From assembly GCA_000166095.1 (NCBI GenBank), contig CP002278.1:1050001-1082000 (forward strand): a DNA stretch of 32,000 nucleotides, in the 5' to 3' direction. The notes below the pieces were generated by a model. It saw only the letters and a list, made by a program, of their open reading frames with translations, made no database searches and was not told where the DNA came from. This stretch comes from Methanothermus fervidus DSM 2088. Its GTDB lineage: Archaea > Methanobacteriota > Methanobacteria > DSM-2088 > Methanothermaceae. Of this stretch, positions 1 to 9,838 are shown piece after piece. The position numbers and the translations under genes were made by a program. Positions within the stretch are counted from its first letter, which is position 1, and every line of letters begins with the position of its first letter.

Positions 1-2
1 GG

Positions 3-1433
3 TATCTTTGTGATAATAGAGATGAAAATTTATGTAAAGATTGTTTTTCATGCTATAACAACTGCCCTCACAATGTTTATGAAATTATTAATGGTGAACC
101 ATTCCCAATATGGCATGAAAGATGTGTTGGATGTCGTATATGTGAAGAAATGTGTCCTAATAATGCAATAGAAGTTCACGCAGTACCTGAAGACAGAAGG
201 AATGTCTGGTCATATGCTGATTTAGTGGAAATACAGAGAAAAGCTGAAGAAGGAACATATAAAGTTAGAGGATGTGGAGCAACAAGAAAAGTTCCTACCT
301 TTGATGATCTTGTAATTGTACCTGCACAAGTTTCAAGGCCTCCTATAGATAAATACAGAGAACCATGTAATACCAAAGTTGTTTTAGGAGATAGGTATGC
401 TGAAAAACCTTTAGAATTAGATACTCCAATAATGATAGCCGCAATGTCCTTTGGGGCAATTAGTAAGGAAGCCAAAATAGCATTGGCAATGGGTGCAACA
501 TTGGCAGGTACAGCCACAAACACAGGCGAAGGAGGCATGTTACCTGAAGAAAGAAAATATGCTTCAAAACTTATAGCACAGTATGCATCAGGGCGTTTTG
601 GTGTATCAGCTGAATATCTCAACAATGCAGATGCTATAGAAATTAAAATAGGTCAGGGTGCAAAAGCAGGAATGGGAGGACATTTATTAGGAGAAAAGGT
701 TGTAGCTGAAGTAGCAGAGATAAGAATGATACCAGAAGGTACGGATGCCCTTAGTCCTGCAAGACATATGGATATAGTTGGACCTGAAGATCTCAGCATG
801 AAAATTTCACAACTACGAGAAATAACAGACTGGAAGGTGCCAATAATAGTTAAATTCACATCAGGGCGTGTAAGTGACGATGTAAAAATTGCTGCGAAGG
901 CAGGAGCAGATATTGTCGTCGTTGATGGTATGCAAGGAGGTACTGGAGCAGGGCCAGACGTTGTAACAGAACATGCTGGAATTCCAACAATAGCAGCTAT
1001 AGTAGAAGCAGATGAAGCTTTAAAAGAAATTAATTTAAGAGATGAAGTTAGTTTAGTTGCAGCTGGAGGTATAAGAAGCGGAGCAGATGTTGCAAAAGCT
1101 ATAGCATTGGGTGCAGATGCTGTATATATTGGAACAGCTGCATTAGTAGCTATAGGTTGTAGAGTTTGTCAAATGTGTCACACAGGCAAATGTAGAAAAG
1201 GAATTGCAACTCAAGATCCTATATTAAGAAGACGTCTAGATTATGTAGAAGGAGGAAAAAGAGTTGCAAGATATATTGAAGCAATGACAGAAGAACTCAA
1301 AATGTTAACTCAACAAGCTGGAAATACTGACGTTAGAAAATTAGAAAAAGATGATCTTAGAGCATTGAATTTAGAGGCAGCTGCGTTAACTGGTGTTAAA
1401 ATGGCTGGAATGGATGCACCACTCAAAATTTAG
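3..1433 (+). CDS. Glutamate synthase FMN-binding domain protein (GltB domain-2 type) fused to an N-terminal 2x[4Fe-4S] ferredoxin domain; 5' end runs off the window
   Basis: The frame of ORF 150..1433 stays open back to base 3. The upstream part encodes two CxxCxxCxxxCP clusters (CKDCFSCYNNCP, CVGCRICEEMCP). The body carries glutamate synthase FMN-domain motifs (MSFGAIS, NTGEGG, IKIGQGAKAGMGGHL, VDGMQGGTGAGP, AAGGIRSGADVAKAIALGAD). Confidence 0.9.
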   Translation, partial: YLCDNRDENLCKDCFSCYNNCPHNVYEIINGEPFPIWHERCVGCRICEEMCPNNAIEVHAVPEDRRNVWSYADLVEIQRKAEEGTYKVRGCGATRKVPTFDDLVIVPAQVSRPPIDKYREPCNTKVVLGDRYAEKPLELDTPIMIAAMSFGAISKEAKIALAMGATLAGTATNTGEGGMLPEERKYASKLIAQYASGRFGVSAEYLNNADAIEIKIGQGAKAGMGGHLLGEKVVAEVAEIRMIPEGTDALSPARHMDIVGPEDLSMKISQLREITDWKVPIIVKFTSGRVSDDVKIAAKAGADIVVVDGMQGGTGAGPDVVTEHAGIPTIAAIVEADEALKEINLRDEVSLVAAGGIRSGADVAKAIALGADAVYIGTAALVAIGCRVCQMCHTGKCRKGIATQDPILRRRLDYVEGGKRVARYIEAMTEELKMLTQQAGNTDVRKLEKDDLRALNLEAAALTGVKMAGMDAPLKI

Positions 1434-2671
1434 TAAGATAATGCAAAAGAATTTTCAATTATTTTTCTTTCTACTCTACTTAAAAATATTCTCATTTTTA
1501 ACAATTTATCTATATTTGTTGAAATTGAATCTACACCCATATATATTAATTTTTCAACAATTCTTTCTTCAGTGGCTGCATACCCTGCAACACAACTTTC
1601 AACATTTCTTTCATTACATTTTTTTATAATATAAGATGCTATTTTTAAAATTGATGGATGTAAGAAATTAAACAGTTTAGCAACTTTTACCCCTCTCCTA
1701 TCAACAGCTAAAGTACACATTGTTATGTCACTGAGACCTATAGACACAAAATCAGATCCAACGTCTAAGAATTTATCTATCTGCAATGCACTTCCAGGAG
1801 TTTCTATTGATACTCCAACTTTAATATCTCTATGTGGTTTTAGGCCCATTTTATTAAGAATTGATTTGACCATTAAATATTCAGATATATCTCTCACAAA
1901 AGGTACCTTCAGAGCAATGTTTGAATAACCTTCATCAATTAACTCTATTAGAGCTTTTAACTCAGCTTTTAAAATTTCAGTTTCTTTTAGATCTCTCGTA
2001 ATACCTCTATATCCTAAAAGTGGGTTAGGTTCTTTTGGTTCTTTACTACCCTCTAAAGCTGTTAATTCATCTGTTGGTATGTCAAAAGTTCTAATCCAAA
2101 CAGGTTTTGGATAAAACGAATCAACAACTTTCCTAAGACCATCAACTAAAGTTTTTGTTAATTTTCCTTCCTTAAGGAGTTTATGAGGATGTTTTCCTGT
2201 TTCGATGACCATATTCTCTATTCTAACAGATCCAACACCATCTGCATATGGTGCTGCTCTCTCTGCTAATTCAGGTACATTAATATTAATTTTTAAATCT
2301 ATTCCTGTCTTTGGTTGTGGTAATTCTTCAATTTTTTCTTCTAATTCCATTATACCTTTATATACTCTTCCAGTTTTTCCATCTACAGTTACTATCATCC
2401 CATCTTTTAAAACTTTTGTTGCTTTCTCAGTGCCTACAATACAAGGAATTTTTAATTCTCTAAGAACAATAGCAACATGACTTGTCAATCCACCATAATC
2501 TGTAACTACTCCTGCCACCCTTTTAAGGTGAGGTATCATATCCCTAGATGCTTTCTTGACAACTACTACTTCTCCACTCTCTATTTTCCTTATATCTTCT
2601 TTTTTATGTATTTTTCTTACTCTTCCACTATTAACATATGGACTAGCTCCTATACCTTTAGTTAATATCAT
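1430..2671 (-). CDS. PEP-utilizing enzyme family protein with a phospho-His mobile domain and a PEP/pyruvate-binding TIM-barrel domain; no N-terminal ATP-grasp domain
   Basis: 413-aa ORF. The N-terminus has the mobile-domain signature (VVTDYGGLTSHVAIVLRELKIPCIVGT). The C-terminal half resembles the PEP synthase / PPDK PEP-binding domain (NPLLGYRGI, VGVSIETP, FVSIGLSDITMCTLAVDR). Its stop overlaps the stop of the convergent gltB-like gene by 4 nt. Confidence 0.8.
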   Translation of the reverse strand: MILTKGIGASPYVNSGRVRKIHKKEDIRKIESGEVVVVKKASRDMIPHLKRVAGVVTDYGGLTSHVAIVLRELKIPCIVGTEKATKVLKDGMIVTVDGKTGRVYKGIMELEEKIEELPQPKTGIDLKININVPELAERAAPYADGVGSVRIENMVIETGKHPHKLLKEGKLTKTLVDGLRKVVDSFYPKPVWIRTFDIPTDELTALEGSKEPKEPNPLLGYRGITRDLKETEILKAELKALIELIDEGYSNIALKVPFVRDISEYLMVKSILNKMGLKPHRDIKVGVSIETPGSALQIDKFLDVGSDFVSIGLSDITMCTLAVDRRGVKVAKLFNFLHPSILKIASYIIKKCNERNVESCVAGYAATEERIVEKLIYMGVDSISTNIDKLLKMRIFLSRVERKIIENSFALSY

Positions 2672-2858
2672 ATTATACCTCTTCTAATTCTAAATTATCA
2701 ACAAAAACGTAATTTTTATTTTCAAATTTATATATATTTATTCACATGAAAAATAATTGATGAAGAAAAAACTATTTTTTCCTAAATTAATAATGAAAAA
2801 TTAATTTTTCGTTAAAATTATATACTAAAACTGAAAAAAATAATTAAAGGTGGTTAAA

Positions 2859-3848
2859 ATGCCAAGATTTAGCACCTGGAAACTTAAATTAAGGATGTTC
2901 TTAGCAGTGGCAATATTATTTGGAATCCTGTATGCATTGTTAAGCGTAATTGGAATTTACGCCGGAATCAAAAGTCCTTTAATATATATCCTACTAGCTT
3001 TATTCATAGTGTTTATCCAATACTTAATATCTCCAAAAATTGTTGAAATGGGCATGAACATACATTATGTTTCTCCACAAGAAGCTCCAGAATTACATTC
3101 AATTGTTGAAGAATTAGCAAGGAATGCTGGAATTCCAAAACCTAAAGTTGGAATAGCCGAAATATCAATACCAAATGCGTTTGCATTTGGAAGAAGTAAA
3201 AGAGATGGAAGGGTCTGCGTAACACGAGGTATATTGAATCTACTAGATAAAGAAGAATTAAAAGCAGTTTTAGGCCATGAAATATCACATATAAGACACA
3301 ATGACATGATAGTAATGACTTTTATCAGTGTAGTACCACTAATATGTTATTGGATATTCCAAAGTATGTACTGGGGAAGTCTAATGGACAGGGACAGAGG
3401 TTCCTCATTAGCAATAATTGGAATTCTAGCTTTCATTGCATACATGATAGGACAGCTCTTAGTACTCTTTGTCTCAAGAATTAGAGAATATTATGCAGAT
3501 TTAGGAAGTGTGGAAATTGGTGGAAAACCACATAAACTAGCAAGTGCATTATATAAATTAGTTTATGGGTCAGCAGTCGTAAGTAAAGAAAACAAAGAAG
3601 AAGTAAATCAAGTTTCTGGATTTAAAGCTTTCTTTTTAAATGATATTAATCAGGCAGGACATGAAATAAAAGATCTAAAACAAGTTGACATGGACATGAA
3701 TGGTACAATAAGCAGGGAAGAGCTCGAGAGGCTTAGATACACTCCCGTAAAAATAGGTCTAACAGAGAAAATACTAGAAATCTTTTCAACACATCCTAAC
3801 ACCTTAAAAAGGATTAAAAGATTGTCCGAATTAACAACGTCTGTTTAA
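2859..3848 (+). CDS. htpX: HtpX-like M48 zinc metalloprotease, membrane-bound, with an EF-hand-like insertion
   Basis: HExxH motif (GHEISHIRHND), N-terminal transmembrane helices and a C-terminal STHPNTLKRI motif typical of HtpX. The ATG at 2859 is preferred over the GTG at 2850 because AAGGTGG lies 6 nt upstream. Confidence 0.9.
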   Translation: MPRFSTWKLKLRMFLAVAILFGILYALLSVIGIYAGIKSPLIYILLALFIVFIQYLISPKIVEMGMNIHYVSPQEAPELHSIVEELARNAGIPKPKVGIAEISIPNAFAFGRSKRDGRVCVTRGILNLLDKEELKAVLGHEISHIRHNDMIVMTFISVVPLICYWIFQSMYWGSLMDRDRGSSLAIIGILAFIAYMIGQLLVLFVSRIREYYADLGSVEIGGKPHKLASALYKLVYGSAVVSKENKEEVNQVSGFKAFFLNDINQAGHEIKDLKQVDMDMNGTISREELERLRYTPVKIGLTEKILEIFSTHPNTLKRIKRLSELTTSV

Positions 3849-4458
3849 CTACACCAATGACATTTGAACGTGGTAGCCATGTATTAAGAGGAGTTTCAGT
3901 GATAACTTCGTTTGGTAAATAAATTTTTTTAACAGACTTATTATCACTAACTAAATATACCATATCTCCTTCTATCTTACCAACTCTCTTAACAATAAGG
4001 CCATAAACCGGATGTTTAGCTATTACAATGTCCCCCACTTTAAAATCTTTTGTTTTTACCGCAATGATTTCTTGTCCATTTTTTAATGTTGGATACATGG
4101 AATCTCCACTTACTATGGCAAACATTGGCAATTTGTCTTCACCAAATTGAGATATTATCTTAACATTCACATCTTTATACCCATATTTTTCCGCAATGTT
4201 TTTAACATTTTCTTTTATGGATTCAACGGTACTGTCAGGATCATAAATTGCTGCTGAAACATAATTAGATATTTCATGTAACATTTCAGGAGGGGGAGGA
4301 TTGATGAAAAAATTGGATATTTTTATATCTGATGTTGTTCCATTTGTCTCTATTATTATATTTAGACGATGAAAACTCATATCCTGGAAATTATCACTTG
4401 CAAAACCTATCAAAAATAATATAAGTAGGAATATACCAATCCACAAGATTTTTTTCAA
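3814..4458 (-). CDS. S26 (bacterial LepB-type) signal peptidase I-like serine protease with an N-terminal membrane anchor and an extra domain
   Basis: Box B motif SGDSMYPTL and box D-like motif IVKRVGKIEGD indicate a Ser/Lys dyad. The N-terminal hydrophobic segment is ILWIGIFLLILFLIGF. The 3' end overlaps htpX convergently by 35 nt, so the last residues are uncertain. Confidence 0.7.
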   Translation of the reverse strand: MKKILWIGIFLLILFLIGFASDNFQDMSFHRLNIIIETNGTTSDIKISNFFINPPPPEMLHEISNYVSAAIYDPDSTVESIKENVKNIAEKYGYKDVNVKIISQFGEDKLPMFAIVSGDSMYPTLKNGQEIIAVKTKDFKVGDIVIAKHPVYGLIVKRVGKIEGDMVYLVSDNKSVKKIYLPNEVITETPLNTWLPRSNVIGVVKQTLLIRTIF

Positions 4459-4462
4459 GGCC

Positions 4463-5125
4463 TCACCTCACTTCAAAAATTTTAATTAAAGACCTCGTTG
4501 TTTTAATATCAAGTTGTCCCGGAGCTGTTTTTATATTTCCACTAGCAAATGTAATTGGAGAGCCAAAAAGATGAGCTACTACACGAGTAAATTTTCCTAA
4601 TTCACCCATAGCAATACCAATCACATTTTTTTCTTTATTCATTACTTTTAGCAATGTAAGAACGTCGTCCATATTTTTAGGCATTACAGCAACCTTTGCA
4701 ATATCTCCAATTTTTTTCTCTTTTTTAATAATTTTTATTAATTTATTTTCACTAGGAGTTTTTTCAAAATCATGAAATGATATTATGCTTTTATTTGAAA
4801 CCTCTATAACTCTATTTCTATACTTATCCTTCGTAGATAATTCAATATCTGTGTAATCTGCATATTTTGCTGCAGTGGAAAGTAATTTTATTCTATCAAC
4901 TTCCTTTCCTCTAAAATATCCACCTTCTTTTCTACACCGGTTAGTTACTATACTTGGAAAATCTACATTCTTCATAAGTTTTTTAATGTCATCCACACTA
5001 GGGTTTCTCAATGCATCTAATCTAAGTTCTATTATGTCTGCTCCTTCTTCAATATATTGTTTAGCAGATTCCAACATTTTATCTATATTTTCTTCAAATG
5101 CAGGCACACAAATTTTTATTTTCAT
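4463..5125 (-). CDS. aroD: 3-dehydroquinate dehydratase, type I
   Basis: Type I DHQase motifs are present (IIELRLD, DIELS, ISFHDFEKTP, KVAVMP). The ORF track starts at 5137, but the second ATG at 5125 follows a GGGG purine patch and gives the usual MKIKICVP start. Confidence 0.85.
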   Translation of the reverse strand: MKIKICVPAFEENIDKMLESAKQYIEEGADIIELRLDALRNPSVDDIKKLMKNVDFPSIVTNRCRKEGGYFRGKEVDRIKLLSTAAKYADYTDIELSTKDKYRNRVIEVSNKSIISFHDFEKTPSENKLIKIIKKEKKIGDIAKVAVMPKNMDDVLTLLKVMNKEKNVIGIAMGELGKFTRVVAHLFGSPITFASGNIKTAPGQLDIKTTRSLIKIFEVR

Positions 5126-5181
5126 CTTAAACCCCATATTTTTTAATTTTTTACATTACTTACAATTTTATTTTTGATATG

Positions 5182-5207
5182 TTTTCGGATCCGAAAAATT
5201 TATATAT
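5182..5207 (+). promoter_or_regulatory. Perfect 16-bp palindrome TTTTCGGATCCGAAAA (5182-5197) abutting a TATA box TTTATATAT (5199-5207) upstream of amt
   Basis: Read directly from the sequence. The palindrome occupies the BRE position immediately upstream of the TATA element. Confidence 0.5.
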
Positions 5208-5229
5208 GAGTAAAATTAATTATCGATAT

Positions 5230-5249
5230 GTCGGAATGAGGTTTCCGAC
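5230..5249 (+). promoter_or_regulatory. NrpR-type nitrogen operator GTCGGAA-TGAGGT-TTCCGAC (GGAA-N6-TTCC core) at the predicted amt transcription start
   Basis: The inverted repeat has 7-nt arms and a 6-nt spacer. It lies about 25 nt downstream of the TATA box and 30 nt upstream of the amt ATG. It matches the GGAA-N6-TTCC operator defined for NrpR in Methanococcus maripaludis. Confidence 0.6.
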
Positions 5250-5278
5250 TTCCATGAAATAGTTGGAGGTGTTAAAAA

Positions 5279-6497
5279 ATGGATCCAATAAATGCAGGTG
5301 ATACTGCTTGGATGCTTGTATCTACAGCTTTAGTGTTGCTAATGACAGTTCCAGGGGTAGCAATATTCTATGCAGGACTAGTAAGAAAAGAAAATGTATT
5401 AAACACAATATTTATGTCGTTTATTGCATTTGCAATAACAAGCATTATATGGGTAATTTATGGATTCCCACTGGCTTTTGGCCAAGACATAAATGGAATA
5501 ATAGGAGCTCCAGTAAATATTTTGACGAATGGTCTTAACACCAATTCAACACACACTTGCACCTACAATACCTGCATTTATCTACATAGCATTTCAATTG
5601 ACTTTTGCAGCAATAACAGTGGCATTAATATCCGGTGCAGTTGTAGAAAGAATGAAATTTTCAGCATGGATGATATTCGTAGCATTATGGGTAAGCCTCG
5701 TCTACGTACCAATAGCACATTGGGTCTGGGGCGGAGGATTCCTATCAAAATTAGGTGCACTTGACTTTGCAGGAGGTACTGTAGTACATATAAATTCAGG
5801 TATTGCAGCTCTAGCGCTAGCATTATTACTAGGTAAAAGGAAGGATACAAGGTTGTTACCTCATCACCTTGGATATGCAGCAATAGGTGCTGCACTACTA
5901 TGGTTTGGATGGTTTGGATTTAATGCAGGGTCAGCGTTGACAGCAGGTGGACTTGCAGCATCAGCATTTTTAGTAACTAATACAGCAACTGCAGCTGCAA
6001 TGATTTCATGGGTAATTTTAGATTACCTAAAAACAGGTAAACCAACATTACTAGGGGCATTGTCAGGTATAGTAGCAGGTCTTGTAGCTATAACACCAGC
6101 TGCAGGTTTCGTTACAGTTCCAGCAGCTATCATAATAGGTTTAGTTACAAGTGTATTCTCATACTTTGCAGTGTCTTACCTCAAACCAAAGCTAGGATAC
6201 GACGATGCACTTGATGTATTTGGTATACATGGTGTTTCAGGTATATGGGGATCAATAGCAACAGGTCTGTTTGCAGCTCCATTCATAAACCCATTAGGTA
6301 AAGGACTGTTCTACGGTAATCCAAGTCAAGTGCTTATACAACTTTTAGCTGTAGCAACTGTACTTGTATATTCCTTTGTAGTTACTTTAATAATAGGTAA
6401 ATTAATAGACATAACCATAGGACTACGTGTATCTGAAAAAGAAGAAATAGAAGGACTAGATACAAACCTCCATGAAGAAACCGGATACAGATTATGA
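5279..6497 (+). pseudogene. amt: Ammonium transporter Amt, split by a 1-nt frameshift near 5526-5545
   Basis: ORF 5279..5764 gives a good Amt N-terminus up to ...[10 protein letters not shown] and then degenerates. ORF 5529..6497, one frame over, gives the rest ([65 protein letters not shown]). Removing one A from cttAAca would restore [14 protein letters not shown]. Confidence 0.85.
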
Positions 6498-6528
6498 TTT
6501 GTTTGAGTAAATGTAGGTGGTATTATAA

Positions 6529-6874
<346 letters not shown>

Positions 6875-6918
6875 CATTTATTTAATTTTTTATTAAAAAA
6901 TGAAGGAGGTCAGGAAAA

Positions 6919-8247
6919 ATGGCCACAATCGAAGAAATAATAAAAAAAATAGAAGAAAATGATATTAAATTTCTTAGACTCCAATTTGTAGACATTCATG
7001 GAAATTTCAAAAACCTGGCAGTTCCAATTAACAAGCCTGATGACGTAGAAGACATTGTTAAAGACGGTGTATTGTTTGATGGATCATCAATTGAAGGATT
7101 CGTTGAAATAAATGAAAGTGATTTGCTTTTAAAACCAGATATAGACACATTTTCAACCCTTCCATGGAGACCTGAAGAAAAAGGAGTTGCTAGATTTATT
7201 TGCGATGTATATTGGCCTGAAGGAAAACCATTTGATGGAGATCCCAGAGGCAGACTAAAAAGAGTCTTAGAAGAATATAGGAAAAAAGAAGGGTATGAAT
7301 ATAATGTTGGACCCGAACCAGAATTTTACATTGTGAAAAAAAATGAAAATGGAGAAATAGTTCCTTGTGATGATGCAACATATTTCGATGTTGAACCAGC
7401 AGATAAAGCTACAGACATAAGAAGAGAACTAGTACTTGCCTTAGAGAAATTAAATTTTGATATAGAAATGAGCCATCATGAAGTCGGTCCTGGACAACAT
7501 GAAATCGATTTTAGATTTGATAATGCATTAAAGACTGCTGACGCAGTCATGACATTTAAACAAGCAATAAAAGCAATTGTACATAAAATGGGTTACATTG
7601 TTACTTTCATGCCAAAACCATTCCAAGGAGAAAATGGAAGTGGTATGCATTGTCACCAATCATTGTTCAAAAAAGGTGAAAACATATTTTATGATCCAGA
7701 TACTCCAACAAAATTGTCAGAAACTGCATTTTACTTCATAGGAGGTTTACTAGAACATGCAAAAGCACTAGCAGCTGTATGTGCACCTACAGTTAATTCC
7801 TATAAGAGATTAGTTCCTGGATATGAGGCACCTGTTTACATTTCATATGGATTCAAAAACAGGTCAGCATTAATCAGAGTACCAGCAGCAAGAGGAAAAG
7901 CAACACGTATAGAATTCAGACTTCCTGATCCATCATGTAACCCATACCTTGCGTTTGTTGCCATGCTTGAAGCTGGTATGGATGGTATTAAAAATAAAAT
8001 AGATCCTGGCGATCCTGTTGATCTTAATATTTATAAGCTTAGTGAAGATGAACTTAAAAAATTGGGTATAGATGTCCTACCTTCCAGTCTTTGGGAAGCA
8101 TATCATGCATTAGAAGAAGATGAAGTTGTCAGCTCAGCTTTAGGTGAATACATATATGAGAAATTCTATTCCTTCAAGAAGAAAGAATGGGATGACTACA
8201 GATCCCAAGTATTTAAATATGAAATAGATAGGTACCTAAACATTTAA
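6919..8247 (+). CDS. glnA: Glutamine synthetase, type I
   Basis: 442-aa ORF with GS motifs ([67 protein letters not shown]). A GGAGGT ribosome-binding site lies upstream. Confidence 0.95.
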   Translation: MATIEEIIKKIEENDIKFLRLQFVDIHGNFKNLAVPINKPDDVEDIVKDGVLFDGSSIEGFVEINESDLLLKPDIDTFSTLPWRPEEKGVARFICDVYWPEGKPFDGDPRGRLKRVLEEYRKKEGYEYNVGPEPEFYIVKKNENGEIVPCDDATYFDVEPADKATDIRRELVLALEKLNFDIEMSHHEVGPGQHEIDFRFDNALKTADAVMTFKQAIKAIVHKMGYIVTFMPKPFQGENGSGMHCHQSLFKKGENIFYDPDTPTKLSETAFYFIGGLLEHAKALAAVCAPTVNSYKRLVPGYEAPVYISYGFKNRSALIRVPAARGKATRIEFRLPDPSCNPYLAFVAMLEAGMDGIKNKIDPGDPVDLNIYKLSEDELKKLGIDVLPSSLWEAYHALEEDEVVSSALGEYIYEKFYSFKKKEWDDYRSQVFKYEIDRYLNI

Positions 8248-8277
8248 TTTTTTGTCTTTTTCTTTTTTTCTTTTTTT
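8248..8277 (+). terminator. Oligo-T tract (archaeal-type terminator) after glnA
   Basis: TTTTTTGTCTTTTTCTTTTTTTCTTTTTTT lies directly after the glnA stop codon. Confidence 0.5.
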
Positions 8278-8331
8278 AATTTGTTAACACATCCTAAATA
8301 AATTTAGCCATGTCTAACTCGGAAGTATCAA

Positions 8332-9741
8332 ATGGATCTAAAAAATCTATTTAGAAAAAAATCTTCCGAACTAATTATCAAGGAAACCGAAGCAAAAGAA
8401 CATAAATTAAAAAAGGCATTAAGCGTATATGACTTGATCGCATTAGGTATTGGTGCAATTATTGGAAGTGGTATATATGTAGTTACTGGCATTGCAGCTG
8501 TCAAAGCAGGTCCAGCAGTTATATTATCATTTATTTTAGCAGCAATAGCATGTGCATTTGCTGCAGTTTCTTATGCTGAACTGGCATCAATGTTTCCAAT
8601 TACAGGTTCAACATACAATTATGCCTATGTTGCAATGGGAGAATTTTTTGCGTGGATTATAGGCTGGGATTTAATACTTGAATATGTTTTTTGCTTACCA
8701 GCTGTTGCAGTGGGATGGTCAGGATACTTCACAAATTTATTAGCCAGTGTTGGAATAAATATTCCTAATTATTTAGCCAATTCTTTTTTACAAGCACCTA
8801 ATGGATTTATCAATGTTCCAGCGATTGGAATATTGTTATTTATCGCTATATTAAATTATATTGGTGTAAGAAGAGTTGCTAGTAGTAACAACCTGATGGT
8901 AGCACTTAAAATTTTAGTGCTTCTATTCTTTGTTTTTATTGCTGTTTGGCATGTAAAACCAATTAATTGGCACCCATTTATGCCATTTGGTTGGCAGGGA
9001 GTACTAGCAGGTGCAGCAATTGCATTTTATGCTTTCATAGGTTTTGATGCAGTATCTACAGCTGCTGAAGAAACAAAAAATCCTGGCAGAGACATGCCAG
9101 CAGGAATTCTTGGATCTCTAGGAATCAGTACTTTATTATATATTGCAGTCTCAATTGTTCTAACAGGTATAGTGTCTTACACTAAACTAAATAATCCAGC
9201 CCCTATTGCAGAAGCCTTAAAAATAATAGGCATGAACTGGGCATGTGGATTAATTTCATTGGGAGCCTTAGTAGCAATCACAAGTGTATTAATTGTTATG
9301 TTCTATGGTGCAACGAGAATTATATTTGCAATTTCCAGAGATGGTCTACTACCTCCAATTTTTTCTAAAGTTCATAAAAAATACAGGACCCCAAGCATAT
9401 CTATAGCTTTAATTGCAATTGTAACAATGTTGACAGCCGGGTTCTTACCAATAAACATAATTGTAGAATTTGTGAATATAGGGACGATGCTAGCATTTGT
9501 TCTCACATCCCTCAGTGTAATAGTGTTAAGATATACCCAACCTGACCTACCAAGGAAATTCAAAGCACCTGGTGTACCAGTGGTACCTATTTTGGCAATA
9601 ATTTCAATGCTCTTGCTTATGATGTCTCTTTCATGGGAAACATGGGTCAGACTTGTTGTGTGGTTTATAATAGGACTATTTGTGTATTTTGGATATGGAA
9701 GACACCGTAGTATATTAGCAAAAAACAATGAACAAGAATAA
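8332..9741 (+). CDS. APC-superfamily amino acid permease (cationic amino acid transporter-like)
   Basis: 469-aa polytopic membrane ORF with APC-type motifs (LIALGIGAIIGSGIYV, FIGFDAVSTAAEETKNPGRDMP). Confidence 0.85.
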   Translation: MDLKNLFRKKSSELIIKETEAKEHKLKKALSVYDLIALGIGAIIGSGIYVVTGIAAVKAGPAVILSFILAAIACAFAAVSYAELASMFPITGSTYNYAYVAMGEFFAWIIGWDLILEYVFCLPAVAVGWSGYFTNLLASVGINIPNYLANSFLQAPNGFINVPAIGILLFIAILNYIGVRRVASSNNLMVALKILVLLFFVFIAVWHVKPINWHPFMPFGWQGVLAGAAIAFYAFIGFDAVSTAAEETKNPGRDMPAGILGSLGISTLLYIAVSIVLTGIVSYTKLNNPAPIAEALKIIGMNWACGLISLGALVAITSVLIVMFYGATRIIFAISRDGLLPPIFSKVHKKYRTPSISIALIAIVTMLTAGFLPINIIVEFVNIGTMLAFVLTSLSVIVLRYTQPDLPRKFKAPGVPVVPILAIISMLLLMMSLSWETWVRLVVWFIIGLFVYFGYGRHRSILAKNNEQE

Positions 9742-9838
9742 AAAAATTGTTTTTTCTACTTTTTTTATTTTTTAATTTTTTACTTAATAAGAGAAAGATT
9801 ATATATTAAAAAATTACTTTTTATTATTAACCAAGCTT

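Noticed and set aside
176-859. Minus-strand ORFs 176..625 and 653..859 from the six-frame track
   Set aside because: They lie entirely antisense to the strongly supported glutamate synthase domain gene. Their composition is low-complexity Ser/Pro/Ala, which is typical of shadow ORFs.
1393-2665. Plus-strand ORFs 1393..1629, 1725..1928, 2205..2480 and 2477..2665
   Set aside because: They are antisense shadows of the PEP-utilizing enzyme gene, with no motifs and no ribosome-binding sites.
5308-5895. ORFs 5308..5538 (+) and 5578..5895 (-), and the tail of ORF 5279..5764 after about residue 85
   Set aside because: They are out-of-frame or antisense readings of the amt gene. The sequence after the frameshift point has no Amt similarity, whereas the alternative frame does.
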